Positions 51,873 to 63,590 of a DNA stretch of 64,000 nucleotides are shown one piece after another (the first letter of the stretch is position 1; every line of letters starts with the position of its first letter). Location: assembly GCA_965287045.1 (NCBI GenBank), contig OZ336873.1:71424001-71488000 (forward strand), given 5' to 3'. Origin of the DNA: Carcharhinus amblyrhynchos. Its lineage: Eukaryota. The notes below the pieces were generated by a model. It saw only the letters and a program-made list of their open reading frames with translations, made no database searches and was not told where the DNA came from. A program made the translations under genes and the position numbers.

Positions 51873-52428
51873 AAATAAAATGTTGACCTTGCTAGCCACA
51901 TCTACTTCAAGATTTTTTTAAAATGGCATTTGCTTCCAAAGCCAATAACATAGAACAAGCATACTATGTACACTATAGAAACAGGCCATATATCCCAACA
52001 GCTCAATGCCAGTGTTTATGCTTCACAAGGGCTCTCTTCCCATCTTCCTTCATCTACCCCCAGCAGTAATTCTTTCACCTTATTCTTTCTCCCCCATGAG
52101 CTCAGTCACATTTAACAAATGAGCATTGAAAAATGTATTCCCAAACCAACATGGCAAGAGTTCTGTGACCACACCATTCTGTCCTGGCATTCCCAAAAAC
52201 AAGCATCATGAACCTCCACAAAGACTGCCCTGCATTCACGTTCTGTCAGTGAGTCCACAGCACCCCATGAGCAAATCCCAATATCTTCATGCTTTAGAAT
52301 GTCAAGCTTATGCCATATGGACCATTCTGAATTTTAAACAAACATCCAAACTGTGACAGGAGAAGATAATGGTTACCCAGCATCCCCCCATTCCCAGGGC
52401 TAATAATCACAAACTCTGCATTACTCAC

Positions 52429-52593
52429 TCTCCGTATCATCAATTCCACTGTCAGCAGCACTGGTCGTACTCATTTTCTTCATTTGATTCAAGTGCTCCT
52501 TGTACTGAACAGTATTGTTTATGGAGCAGGACAGGTCTTCCATGACTGTATTGAATTCATTCAAGGCAGCATCAAATTCGTCCTCTTGCCACA
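52429..52593 (-). CDS. rgcc: RGCC-like gene, coding exon 2
   Basis: tctttcag|TG TGG CAA ... GAG A|gtgagt. Encodes WQEDEFDAALNEFNTVMEDLSCSINNTVQYKEHLNQMKKMSTTSAADSGIDDTE, matching the RGCC pattern (L-x-EF-xx-V-xx-D ... Y-x-EHL-xx-MK ... DS-G-xx-D-x-ES). Lies inside ORF 52421..52711. Confidence 0.92.
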
Positions 52594-52837
52594 CTGAAAG
52601 ATTTTCAAAAGTCACATTTAGCCAAGTTGCTTTATAAAATGTAACATTGTAAACATGCTCAGACTGGCTTAAAATATAATAACTTTTGTCATCCAATATC
52701 AAACAATCCAACTGTACTTCATAGGTTTAGAGTTTCCATTTGTACTGACACATTTCATTAGGGTTGGACAGCAAATCTTGGTCTTACCAGTGATACCAAC
52801 ATCCCACAATAAAATAAAAATAAACAGAAGATTAGCA

Positions 52838-53190
52838 ATTGTGGCTTAGTGTGACTCTCATATCCGAGCCAGAAATTCTACTCCAGACACATGACTGCAT
52901 CATCCGAGTTGGCACTCAGTGCAGTACTGAGGAAGTGCTGCATCCTCAGAGGTGCTATCTTTTTGATGTCCCATTCACTTTCTCAGGTGACTATACAAGA
53001 TCCCAAGACATGAATTCAAAGAGCATGGATGTTCTCCCGATTGTCCCATCCAATCATTAACTTTCAACCAAGATCATCACTAAGAAAAACGATTATTTGA
53101 TCATTACTTCAATGCTGCCTTTGGGACTGTGTGTAAATTCATTTAGTTTACTGTAAAGTAATTTTGAATGACCTGACATCATGAAAGATG
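52838..53190 (+). mobile_element. Deu-type (SacSINE/AmnSINE-like) SINE relic; related relics at ~20800-21070, 22380-22600, 34600-34870, 44070-44210 and 45030-45200
   Basis: cagtgcagtactgaggaagtgctgca..cagaggtgc..tctttt and gattatttgatcatt..aatgctg..tttggga motifs recur across the window. Confidence 0.6.
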
Positions 53191-54811
53191 ATGCAATCAG
53201 AATTCTGAATTTTGATCTGTCATAATCTCAGGTGGAAAGCAATGACTGAACTTCCCAATATTAAACATACCAACAGACCTGCTACCTTAAAAGAGCTATC
53301 AACAGAGACCTGCAGTTAATCAGCAGATATATTTTATTCCAAGTATGGTGCATAAATAAAGCCTTAATAAAATCATTAAAATGTCTTGATTCCAAAATAC
53401 AATCCAGATTAAAACAGGACTACCTCACCCCTTTTAGCTAGGAATAATAAGTTCTTTCAACCTGGTTGCATCTGCCCATGCTAGCTTCACCTAATCAGAA
53501 TTTATAGATGAAATCCATGAAGATTTTAAAATGAGTTTGAGTTTTTTATCCTCACATCTTGAATAGGTTCTCAGCAAGACCTGTGAATACTCTGCAACAC
53601 TTAATATACAGTCCTTAATCTTAACCTCAGAGTATCCAGGCAAGATGCAGCAGTCAGCTCAAGAATTTAATGCTGAGGATGGAAGGTTTTATTATGGATT
53701 TTTAACAATTCATTCAAGAGGAAGAAGTCACTGGCTAGGCCAACATTTATTGTCCTTTCCTAAGTTTATTTATTAGCGTCAGAAGTAGGCTTACATTGAC
53801 ACTACAATGAAATTACTGTGAAAATCCCCTGGTCCGTGAGAAGGTGGTGGTTAAGTTGCCTTCTTGAACTGCATGTTAATTCCCAGTGCTATTAGGGATG
53901 GAGTTCCAGGATTTTGATCTAGTCACAGTGAAGGAACAGCAATATGTTTTCAAGTCAGGATGCTGAGTGAGCTGGAGGGGAACTTGCAGCTGGTGCTGGT
54001 CTGATGTCACACTTTTGCTTCTAGAGGTAGAGGTCACAGGCTTGGGAGATCAAAATTGCCAGTGTATCTTGTAGATGGTACACACTGCTGCTACTGTCAG
54101 TACTGGAGGAGTGAATGTTTAAATTGATGGATAGGGTATCAATCAAGCTGGCTATTTGTTCCTGGACAGTGCTAATCTCTATATAGATCTTGTCCAAATG
54201 TCCAATGCCCTTATGTGACCTGTCATTAGATCCAATTAATGTCCCAGTTTTCTTGGGACTTGCAATCGGGAGCAGCATATTTTAACTGGGGAGCAGTTCC
54301 ACAAATATATGCCCCTAAAAGATTGTATCTTTCCACCATTGGGTCCACTTGAGATCTCTGACTGTCTGCAGCACTTGGGGAGGGTTTCACAGTCCAAACA
54401 CCTTTCCTGTGATTTGCTGCAATCGTTATGATTATGCCTTCTGATGACACCAATAATAAGGTGTGCTTAATAAAACTGGTAACTTGTGCGGGCAAATAGC
54501 ATTAAAAACTGAAAGATTATCAAAAGGGGAAAAAAAATCTGGTTTCAGGAAAGGACCCTGCAGCTGTTACGCAGTCTGCTCCACATGTGACTCCAGTTTT
54601 ATACTCTCAGTTTTAACTTCGTGCCTTCATGATAGCAAGGAGTGGGCGTTGTGTCGGTGCCTTGCGATTGCCAGCCACACCTCAAGAACGAATTTTCAGA
54701 CATTTTACGCGGGAGTGATCGTTATGTTATCAGGGAGGGCGATCAGAAACAGTTAATTTATCTCAAAGTTTCAGACCTCACAGAATATTGCCCAGAGCTT
54801 GGATAGCTCTA

Positions 54812-55030
54812 TCTGAAAATACAGCGGCTGCTGGAAATCTGGAATACAAACAGGAAACGCTGCAAATACTCACTAGTTCAGGCAGTATCCATGAAGAGAG
54901 AAAGAGAGTCAACATTTCAAATCTTCATTTGAATTGGAAAGCATTTTTGGTGAAAGGTAACAGACGCCAAACATCAATTTAGTTTCTCTCGCCCACAGAC
55001 CTACTGAGAGTTTGCAGCATGTGCTGTTCA
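54812..55030. repeat. Inverted pair of the Penelope-associated short repeat
   Basis: Left half gctgctggaaatctgg..aaacag..aactca; right half tttctctc.cccacagacctactgagagtttgcagcat, in the opposite orientation. Confidence 0.5.
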
Positions 55031-55229
55031 TGATCGAGATGCAAGCGTGTACTTGCTGATCGAGCACACCGCGGTGCTCGCTACAGCAGCTGCAGTTTCA
55101 CCGCTGGCTGAGTGACTTCAAATAACTTTTTCGCTGTTCACAGTGAAACACTGAACACCTGTGACACTGGGTTAAACAGCAGACAAAAGCGAGATGTAAC
55201 TGAGCAAGTTTCAGTGTTAAATCCGGCCA

Positions 55230-55535
55230 GTATCAATGCCTGTCCCAGTCTCAGATTCAGTGCCAGTCCCAGAAAGTCTCAATTCCAGTCCCAGACAGAC
55301 TCCGTGCCAGTTCCTATCTCAATGCCAGTTTCAAACAGTCTCAGCCAGAATCAGTGCCAGTCCCAGACAGACATAATGCCAGTCCCAGTCTCAATGCCAG
55401 TCTCAGACAGGCTCATTACCAGTCTCTGCCACACTCAGTGCCCCAGACGGGCTCAGTGCCAGCCCCAGTCTCAATGCCAGTCCCAGATTCAATGCCAGTC
55501 CCAGCCACACTCAGTGCCAGTCCCAATGCCAGCCC
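55230..55535. repeat. ~18-bp minisatellite, unit TCA(G/A)TGCCAGTCCCAG(A/T)C
   Basis: Many degenerate copies, starting about 20 nt inside RGCC intron 1. Confidence 0.9.
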
Positions 55536-55557
55536 TTCTGTCGTTCAAGTCTCTTAC

Positions 55558-55585
55558 CGGAATTGGCTGCATCATTTGAACTCAT
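55558..55585 (-). CDS. rgcc: RGCC-like gene, coding exon 1 (MSSNDAANS + 1 nt)
   Basis: Minus strand reads ATG AGT TCA AAT GAT GCA GCC AAT TCC G|gtaag. The phase-1 donor matches the phase of exon 2, and the exon lies directly below a promoter-like CpG-rich cluster. Confidence 0.8.
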
Positions 55586-55629
55586 TCTGATGACTCCACT
55601 CGGCTTCTCTCTGACTTTCTAAAACGGGA

Positions 55630-55810
55630 CGTGTTCTTTTATCCATCTTACTTTCCCGCCCCTATAGTCTTGACTGACCAATCATAATCGCAGTTTATGT
55701 GAACGACGGACACTTCAGCCAATCAGCAAGAACCCCGAAAGGGGGCGGAAACTCGCTGACATCATTGGAATTTAGAACAAGGAATCCCCGTGACGTCACG
55801 GAATCCCCAG
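55630..55810 (-). promoter_or_regulatory. RGCC-like proximal promoter
   Basis: CpG-rich. TATA-like ATAAAA (55637-55642, minus), E2F/GC-box TTTCCCGCCCC (55652-55662), CCAAT boxes (55678, 55719, and reverse at 55764), GC box 55741-55748, perfect CRE TGACGTCA 55791-55798 flanked by two GGAATCCCC. Confidence 0.75.
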
Positions 55811-56099
55811 CGATGTTCCTGAATGAATAAACTTTCAGCCTGAATATGAAGTTCTGGAGTTTGCAGAGGATGAACGTCTCTTCTCTCTTTTTATTTCCAT
55901 GTCCCACTTCAAATATCATATAATCGCAGACTGCCTAATGCACAGGGAAAGGTCATTCGGCCTATCCTGTCAGTGCTGGCTCGAAGCAAGAGTAACTCAC
56001 CTCACTGCATTCCCCTACCCTTTCCCTGTGGTACTGTATTTTTTGTCTCTCTTCAGCCCTCATCAAATTTTTTTGAAAGCCATCATTGAATTTGTATAA

Positions 56100-56725
56100 T
56101 TCGCTGGCCGTGCATTTATTTCGCGAGGACTAGAATACAAAAGCAGGAATGTACTGCTGAGGCTTTATAAGGTTCCGGTCATACCACATCTGGAATATTG
56201 TGAGCAATTTTGGCCCTGTACCTAAGGAAGGATGTGCTGACCTTGGTCCAGAGGAGATTCACGAGAATGATTCCAGGAATGAAAAATTCGATGTACCAGG
56301 AGCATTTGAAGACTCTGGGTCTGTACTCAATAGAGTTTAGAAGGACAAGGAGGGATCTCATTGAAACTTACCGAATACTGAAAGGCCTGGATAGAGTGGA
56401 CATGGGGAAGACGTTTCCAACAGTAGGAGAGACTGGGATCTGAAGGCACCATTTCAGGATAAAAGGATGATCCTTTTGAACAGAGATGAGAAATTTCTTC
56501 AGTTTGAGGGTGGTAAATTTTTGGAATTCATTGCAACAGAAGGCGGTGAAGGCCGAGTTATTGAGTGTATTTAAGACAGAGATAGTTAGGTTCTTGATTA
56601 GTAAGGGGATCAAAGATTACAGGGAGAATTGAGTTGAGAGACTTATCAGCCATGATTGAATTGTGTTGTAGACTCGATGGACCAAATGGTCTAATTCTGC
56701 TCCTATCACTTATGGTCTTTTGGTC
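56100..56725 (+). mobile_element. CR1 3' fragment, partly duplicated at 57088-57432
   Basis: VQRRFTRMIPG..LGLYSIEFRR..DLIETYRIL and a CR1 tail. Confidence 0.9.
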
Positions 56726-57434
56726 TATTCCACATCTAAATCCAGAATGTGAAACACTCTCCTCGTGTCACTGCCAGTCACCTGTGCCCTCTGCTTACGT
56801 CAGTGGGAGCAGTTTGACCCTATTTATTCTGTCCAGACCACTCATGATTTTGAATATCTCTGTCAAATCTCTGCAAACATAGGAGGGTCAGTACTGTGAC
56901 TCCTTTGCCCTGTATCTGGTTGCTTCCAACCCAGGGTGCCCTTGGTGCAGTTGCTGGGTGTAGTACCTCTGGAGGGCAGTGGGGATGATGAAGCGCCAAC
57001 CACATAGTATGATCTATCCTGTACAATTAGTTCATGTCTGATGGAGAAGAACATGTAGAACTTGTGGAGAAGCTCTTGTGGGGATTCTAGACCATATCTG
57101 GAATGTTGTGAGCAATTTTGGCCCTGTATCTAAGGAAGGATGTGCTGGCCTTGGTCCAGAGGAGATTCACGAGAATGATTCCAGGAATGAAAAATTTGAT
57201 GTATGAGGAGCATTTGAAGACTCTGGGTCTGTACTCAGTAGAGTTTAGAAGGTTGAGGGGGGATCTCATTGAAACTTACTGAATACTGAAAGGCCTGGAT
57301 AGAGTGGACATGGGGAAGACATTTCCAATAGTAGGAGAGACTGGGATCTGAAGGCATCATTTCAGGATAAAAGGATGATCCTTTCAAACAGAGATGAGAA
57401 ATTTCTTCAGTTACAGGGTGGTAATTTTTTTGAT

Positions 57435-59605
57435 GACATCATGAAGTTGTCTGCATATGATGTCCGTCTATAAGGCATCTTTGAATTCCTAGATTCTACA
57501 AGAGGACACCGCCTCTATTGTCATGATGTCTATGTCTTCCTCATGATCTGCCTGGTCTGTAGTGAGAAGGAAGGTTCTGGAAAGGACATCAGCCAAGTAC
57601 AGCTCCTTACTATGCTTGGTAGATGATGCTGATATTGTAGCATTGTAGCTTTAGCATCATTGCACTGCAGTTGTGCAAACACAGTGTGAAGAGCATAATT
57701 GAAATAGTTATGAGTGACCGATGGTCAACAACCATGAAATGATGAAATTTCTGACAGGTGAAGACTTGAGCAAGAAGTTCTTTTTCAGTCTGAGCATGAC
57801 CAGCCTCAGTGTCAGTGAGGGCCCTTGAAGCGAAGGCTATTGGTCGCTCACTCTGAACTGCACTGTGCTGGGAGATCTCTGCTAGTAAGAGTATGGATTC
57901 TTGAATGCCAAAGTATTGCAGCATCAATGGGTAATGAGTGCCTGTTTGAGTCTGGTAAAGACCTGCTGTGTGGTGTTCTACCAACACCATTTGACATCCT
58001 GGTGGAAGAGCTGACAAAGCAGTCCAGTGACCTCAGTGTAATAAGGAATGAACTTGGAAAGAAAATTTGTTATACCAAGGAAACGCTGTAAAGTGTTCTT
58101 GTCCATGGGGATGGACATCTTTTGTTAAGCCATTGTCTTGTCTGGATCTGGCTTCACACCATCAGCTGTGAGTTAGTGACCCATACAGGGAGCCTGATTG
58201 GCCCTGAATCTGCATTTGACAGTGTTCAGCTTCAGCTATCTGGTCCTGATTCTGTCAAGGGTGAGACAAAGACAGGTATCACGTACTTGCACAGTACAAC
58301 CCCAATCCAGGATATCATCGATGATGATTTTACAAGGTTGAACTACAAAGAGTTGTTCCATGCACCACTGGACCCCAGTGTAATGCTGTCCCAAAGACCT
58401 AATATTGGCCTAATGTTCTGGTCAACTTTATGAAACTTGAAACTGCTCTGTGTCCAATGTAGAGTGGCCACATCTTCCGTGTGGATAATTTGTCTGTCAT
58501 AGACCAGAAGGTCCATCTGAGTGTTGGGGTCTGGAGCTGCATAAATGTCTACTTCCCATGGCATTTGACTGGGCAATACGTTGCACTTTGCTCCAGTGTT
58601 AAACCTTCAGTTTTGTGTTGCTGCGAATTATGTTGAGAGTGGTGAAGATCTCAACCTGTTCTGTGACACTGCTGACTCTCTCACAGTAGAGTGTTAATGG
58701 AGGCTCAGTGGTTTGGTTGAGCTCCACTTCATTCATCTTTCTCTGAGCATCTAGCTGCAATGTGGCTGGTGGCAAAGGAAAGCTGCTGTGATTTCAATCT
58801 GCAGCATTTCGTAAAATGGTTCCATTTGTCACATTTATTGCAGCATCACTAAATGCCAAATATGCTCTTCTGAGGGTAATGGCTGCCACAGTTGGGGCTG
58901 GGCATGACCTGAACCATGAAGACTTCTGTTTTGCACCTAAACTCCTGGCTGCTATTTTCTGACTGTTCATTCAGTTTTCAGATGCTGATGGCTGTTGGCA
59001 ATGTTAAGTCTTTCACTCAAAGCAGGTGCTTGCAGAAAAGATCATGGTGGATCCCAAAGACTGTGTGACTCCTGACTAACACATTCGTATGGCTGCCAAA
59101 TACATATCTTTTGCTCAGATTTTAAAACTCGCAGAATCAAACTGTATTGATTCATCAGATCTTTGGTTTATGATGTTAAGCGTAGAATGCCTGTAGAGTA
59201 TTATGTTCTCAAAATGTTTTCAAACTTCTTTTAACACTTTCTCCTCCTCCAGTTGGAAGACAAAGCATTCAAACTTCTCGATAGCCTTGGGGCCTGCAAG
59301 ATTTAGTAAAGTGTATTCCTGTACCTTTGTAGATTTGTCTGATAAACTGGTACCACAGTAGATGCACAAATCTTTTTCAAACTTTGCCCAGTTGTCTGCA
59401 ATTTTTTGAGTGGTTTGATGCTGCAAAGTACTTGTACTATAATGCCAAATCCTGACACCATGAAGCAGTGTTGGGTTCCAATGACTTGTAACGAGGGACT
59501 TATAACAACATCAGTTTATTAAATACACTGGGGAGCTCTTACAGGCTGCATCTCTAGGGAGAACTACTATGCGTGACTGTTTATATAGCTACATCTTCAC
59601 AGCAT
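57435..59605 (-). mobile_element. Gypsy LTR retrotransposon relic (5' LTR, PBS, gag, protease/RT remnants, RNase H)
   Basis: RNase H motif RPIAFASRALTDTEAGHAQTEKELLAQVFTCQKFHHF; gag-like NWAKFEKD..LLNLAGPKAIE; PBS-like TGGTGTCAGGA (59450-59460) right after an LTR-ending CA. Confidence 0.85.
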
Positions 59606-59639
59606 TGCATGACCACTTGGTTTAAGAAAAATACTTTTT

Positions 59640-60400
59640 ATTTTATGTTTTCTCTTCTCGATCAGGTTAGTTATACATGATTTGCATTTGGCTAATCCGT
59701 GCTGATTTTCCTTATTTAATTCGCATTTGTCCAGTGTCCACTCAAAAATATTACAGACAACTGGGAAAAGTTTGAACAAGATTGGTGCATCTACCGTGGT
59801 CCCAGTTTATCAGACAACTTTAAAAAGCTACAGGAATACACTTTACTAAATCCTGCAGGTCCCAAGGCCATCAAGAAGTCAGTTTGTTCTGGATTATAAT
59901 TTCTTATTTTTGTTACCATCAAGATTAAACTGACTTACTTGTTGTTTCTGAGTTTATCCTCACACCTTTTTTGAACACTTGCAATTGTCCAATCCTCTGG
60001 TACTGTCCTGTATCTAAGAAGGAAAATTATGACTATAGTCTCTGCAATTTCCACTTTCACCTTCCTCAATACTTTTGGATGCATCTCATCTGGTCCTGGC
60101 AACTTGTCAATATTAACATTAACTTATTTTTATCAACTCTGTTTTAATCCATCCAGCATCTCAACCACCTTCCTCTTTTTGAAGCATCTTCTTCCTTGGT
60201 ATAGACAGGTTCAAAATACTCACCTCTGCCTACTTCTTCCAAGCATTAAATCTCCTTTTTAATCCTAACCAGCCCCACACTTCCATTTACCACCATTTTA
60301 CTATTTATGTGCCTATGGAAAACTTATGGATTCTCCTTTATGTTAAATACCAGTGTCTTCTCACACTCTTTGTTTTTCTCGCTTCATTTTCATTTATCCT
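59640..60400 (-). mobile_element. Highly degraded CR1 fragment
   Basis: NQHGLAKCKSCITNLIE (ORF 59597..59779) and a PGPD.MHP remnant. Confidence 0.65.
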
Positions 60401-60994
60401 TCACTGCTGCCTTCTCAAGCACAGGCAGTTTTGGCCTAGTGGTATTAGTGCTAGACTATTAATCCAGGAGCTCAGCTAATTTTCTGGAGGACCTTGGTTT
60501 AAATTCCACCATGGCAAATGGTGGAATTTGGATTCAATAAAAAAAATCTGGAATTAAGAGTCCACTGATGACCATGAAACCATTGTTGATTGTCAAAAAA
60601 TCCCACTTGGTTCACTAATGTCCTTTAGGGAAGGAAATTTGCCATCCTTAGCTGGTCTACATGTGACTCCAAACCCACAGCAATGTGGTTGACTCTCAAC
60701 TGCCCTTGGGTATCTAGGGATGGGCAATAAATGCTGGCCAGCCAGCAACACCCATGTCCCACAAATGAATAAACAAAATTAAGGATGGGTAATGAATACT
60801 AGGCTTGCCAGCAAGTTTCCATGAATGAATTTCTAAAAATCAATCTGGTTCTCACTTATATTATAAACCTCATATCTGAAATATGCACCCATTTTCTGCT
60901 TCAACTTAGTTTCTATCTTTTTTCTCACCCTGGAAGATCTCACTGTTTGTCCTACCTGTCCCCATTTGTGGCATGTATCTCAACTACAACTACT

Positions 60995-61715
60995 GCATGT
61001 CTTTGAGAAATATGTACCTGTCAGACAGGGAAGAAGTCGTCAAGCGAGGGAACCGTGGTTAACTGAAGAAGTTGAATCTCTTGTGAAGAAGAAGAAGGAG
61101 ACTTATGTAAAGATGAGACGTGAAGGCTCAGTTATGTTGCTTAAGAGTTACAAGTTAACCACGAAAGACCTAAACAGAGAGCTAAGAAGAGCCAGGAGGG
61201 GGCATGAGAAGCCTTTGGCAAGTAGGATTAAGGAAAACCCTAAAGTTTCTATAGGTATGTCAGGAATAAAAGAATGACTAGCGTAAGATTAGGGCTAGTC
61301 AAGGACAGTAGTAGAAAGTTGTGCGTGGAGTCCGAGGAGATAGGAGAAGAGCTAAATGAATATTTTTCATCAGTATTCACAGAGGAAAAAGAGGAGAAGA
61401 CTGAGACACAGGCTATTAGACTAGATGGAATTGAGGTTCATAAGGAGGAAGTGTTAGCAATTCTGGAAAGTGTGAAAATAGATAAGTCCCCTGGGCCGGA
61501 TGAGATTTATCCTAGGATTCTTTGGGAGGCTAGGAAGGAGATTGTAGAGCCTTTGGCTTTGATCTTTATGTCGTCATTGTCTACAGGAATTGTGCCAGAA
61601 GGCTGGAGGATAGCAAATGTTGTCCCCTTGTTCAAGAAGGGGAGTAGAGACAATCCTGGTAATTATAAACCAGTGAGCCTTACTTCTGTTGTGGGCAAAG
61701 TTTTGGAAAGAATTA
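60995..61715 (+). mobile_element. CR1 ORF2 internal fragment
   Basis: ORFs 60966..61277 and 61274..61738 (DKSPGPDEIYPRIL, NYKPVSLTSVVGK). Confidence 0.9.
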
Positions 61716-61719
61716 CAAT

Positions 61720-63212
61720 CAGGCATACACATGCATGATCTGCATCCAGTAGTCACACACCAACTACACAATCAACACATGGAACCCCTTCCTGTTCACA
61801 AGCTGCTGTGAGTTCTGGTCAGAGGACCTCAGGGCAATGTGTACGCAGTCATTAGCCTTTTGTACATTGGGCATTCCAGCAATGGTGGAAAATCCAGCAG
61901 CCCCGACTTCCTGCTGCAGCTGGCCCAGGTTGAATTGATGTACTGGTCAACTCAGGCAAACAGAGCCTCCATCACCACTCGTACATACTTGGACGGAGGG
62001 CTGTGCGATCCCACACAGGTCCCAGCAGGTGGCCTGGAAGCACCCGGTGGCGTAAAAACAAAAAACCATTATGATCTTCATCACCGCTGGGAGTGAGTGG
62101 CCCCCTGTGCCCCAAGGTGCCAAGTCCTACAGGCCATGGCACAGATGCAGCACTATTTCCTTGCAAAGCTGGAGCCTGCAGCAGCACACGCCATCCAAAG
62201 GTTGTTGAAGGACATGCGTGTCCTGAATAGTCAGGGTCTTTGGATTCTCACTCGCCTGGACCCACCCTTGGGCTGATTGGCGGCCAGCTCCTGCCTCCGA
62301 TGGCCAACTCCCTCTCCTCCTGCTCCTCCTCCTCCCACGTGCCCGAAGGGAAGCAGCACTGCCACTATGCTGCTTCTTCCCCAACCCTTCCATCCCCATC
62401 AACTCACTCACACCGTTGTTGGTTGCTGGCAGCATTAGGATCTGATGTCAGTGCTGGGACCCAAGATCAGCACTAAGGCCCGAGCTCAGAGTCCATGGAG
62501 AGACAACTTGCCTCCTCCAGTACACATGCAGCTCCCCGACCTGAAACATAACATGGCTGTCTCCATGAGACCCCCTCCCCACTGCAGCATGTAGCCCTGT
62601 AAACACAGCAACCCTACCTCCTCAATCACCCTCAGTGCTGCTACACCCGCTGCAGACTTTTATAGAGCAGGTGTTCTCACCAGTTGGCATGGTGGCACAG
62701 GAACCCAGATTCAGTTCTGGCCTCAGCTGACTGTCCGTGTGGAGGTTGCCTGTGTGGGTTTCCTCTGGGTGCTCCGGTTTCCACCCACTGTCCAAAGATG
62801 TGTGGATTCGGTGCATTGGCCAGGTTAAATCAATCCTAGTATCAGAAGGATTAGTAGGGTTATGAGAATAGGGCTTTGGTGGGACTGTGGTTGGCGCAGA
62901 CCCGATGGGCTGAATGGCCCTTTTGCACTGTATGAGTTGTATGATTCTTATTGTATGGTTGCAGCTGCCACGAACGAGGTAATTAAGGTAAGTGAGGTGG
63001 GGATAATTATGAGTGAACCACACTAATTATATCAAGATATATACAAAAACATGCCAATTGACATTTCGCCCATCTTGAGCAAGTTCCAGATTGTGCCTGT
63101 TTTTTTGGTACAATGGGAATCGGCACAAAATTGGGCACCATTCCCACTCGTCCACTCACTCCCAATTTTATAACCTCCTCACCGAAAAATGGGGGCGATG
63201 AGAAATACCCTC
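61720..63212 (-). mobile_element. PIF/Harbinger-like transposon relic, with a V-SINE inserted at ~62685-62955 (+)
   Basis: ORF 62127..62435 ends DGVCCCRLQLCKEIVLHLCHGL, resembling the N-terminal 'RRLRLSxETVxxLC' of HARBI1-type transposases. GC-rich; possible terminus gagaaataccc near 63210. Confidence 0.5.
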
Positions 63213-63379
63213 TATTAATGCATTAACCCATTTATGTCCTTTAATCTCCTTCTTCTATATTTAAAGTCTGTTTACTGATTACCTAAAACTCATTGACCCT
63301 TTCCTCTGTTAAGAATCTTACTATTTTGGATATTTTGCTTTCCTCTGCTTTTTTAATTTGGTGTAATTTTTTTTGAAAA

Positions 63380-63590
63380 TTTACTCCATCCTTAAAATTA
63401 TAACACCAATGTTGAGAATAGATCGGGCAAGCCCAAGTCCATTCCTTGCTTGCTCCATAAACCAAATTCAAAATCCAATTGAATCCAATTCATGATCCCC
63501 ACAAGAGAGACAAATAAGATGCAAGCTGACAAGATAAGACTTTATCTCCCAACTGGATCTGATGCTTGATCTTAGCCAAAAGGCCAAGAA
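63380..63590 (-). pseudogene. U2 snRNA-derived repeat, copy B
   Basis: Minus strand TTCTTGGCCTTTTGGCTAAGATCAAG is a 25/26 match to the U2 5' end; colinear with copy A; A-rich tail at 63367-63379. Confidence 0.8.

Noticed and set aside
55112-55590. 155-aa and 78-aa Q/S/P/C-rich ORFs
   Set aside because: Translations of the 18-bp minisatellite, antisense to RGCC.
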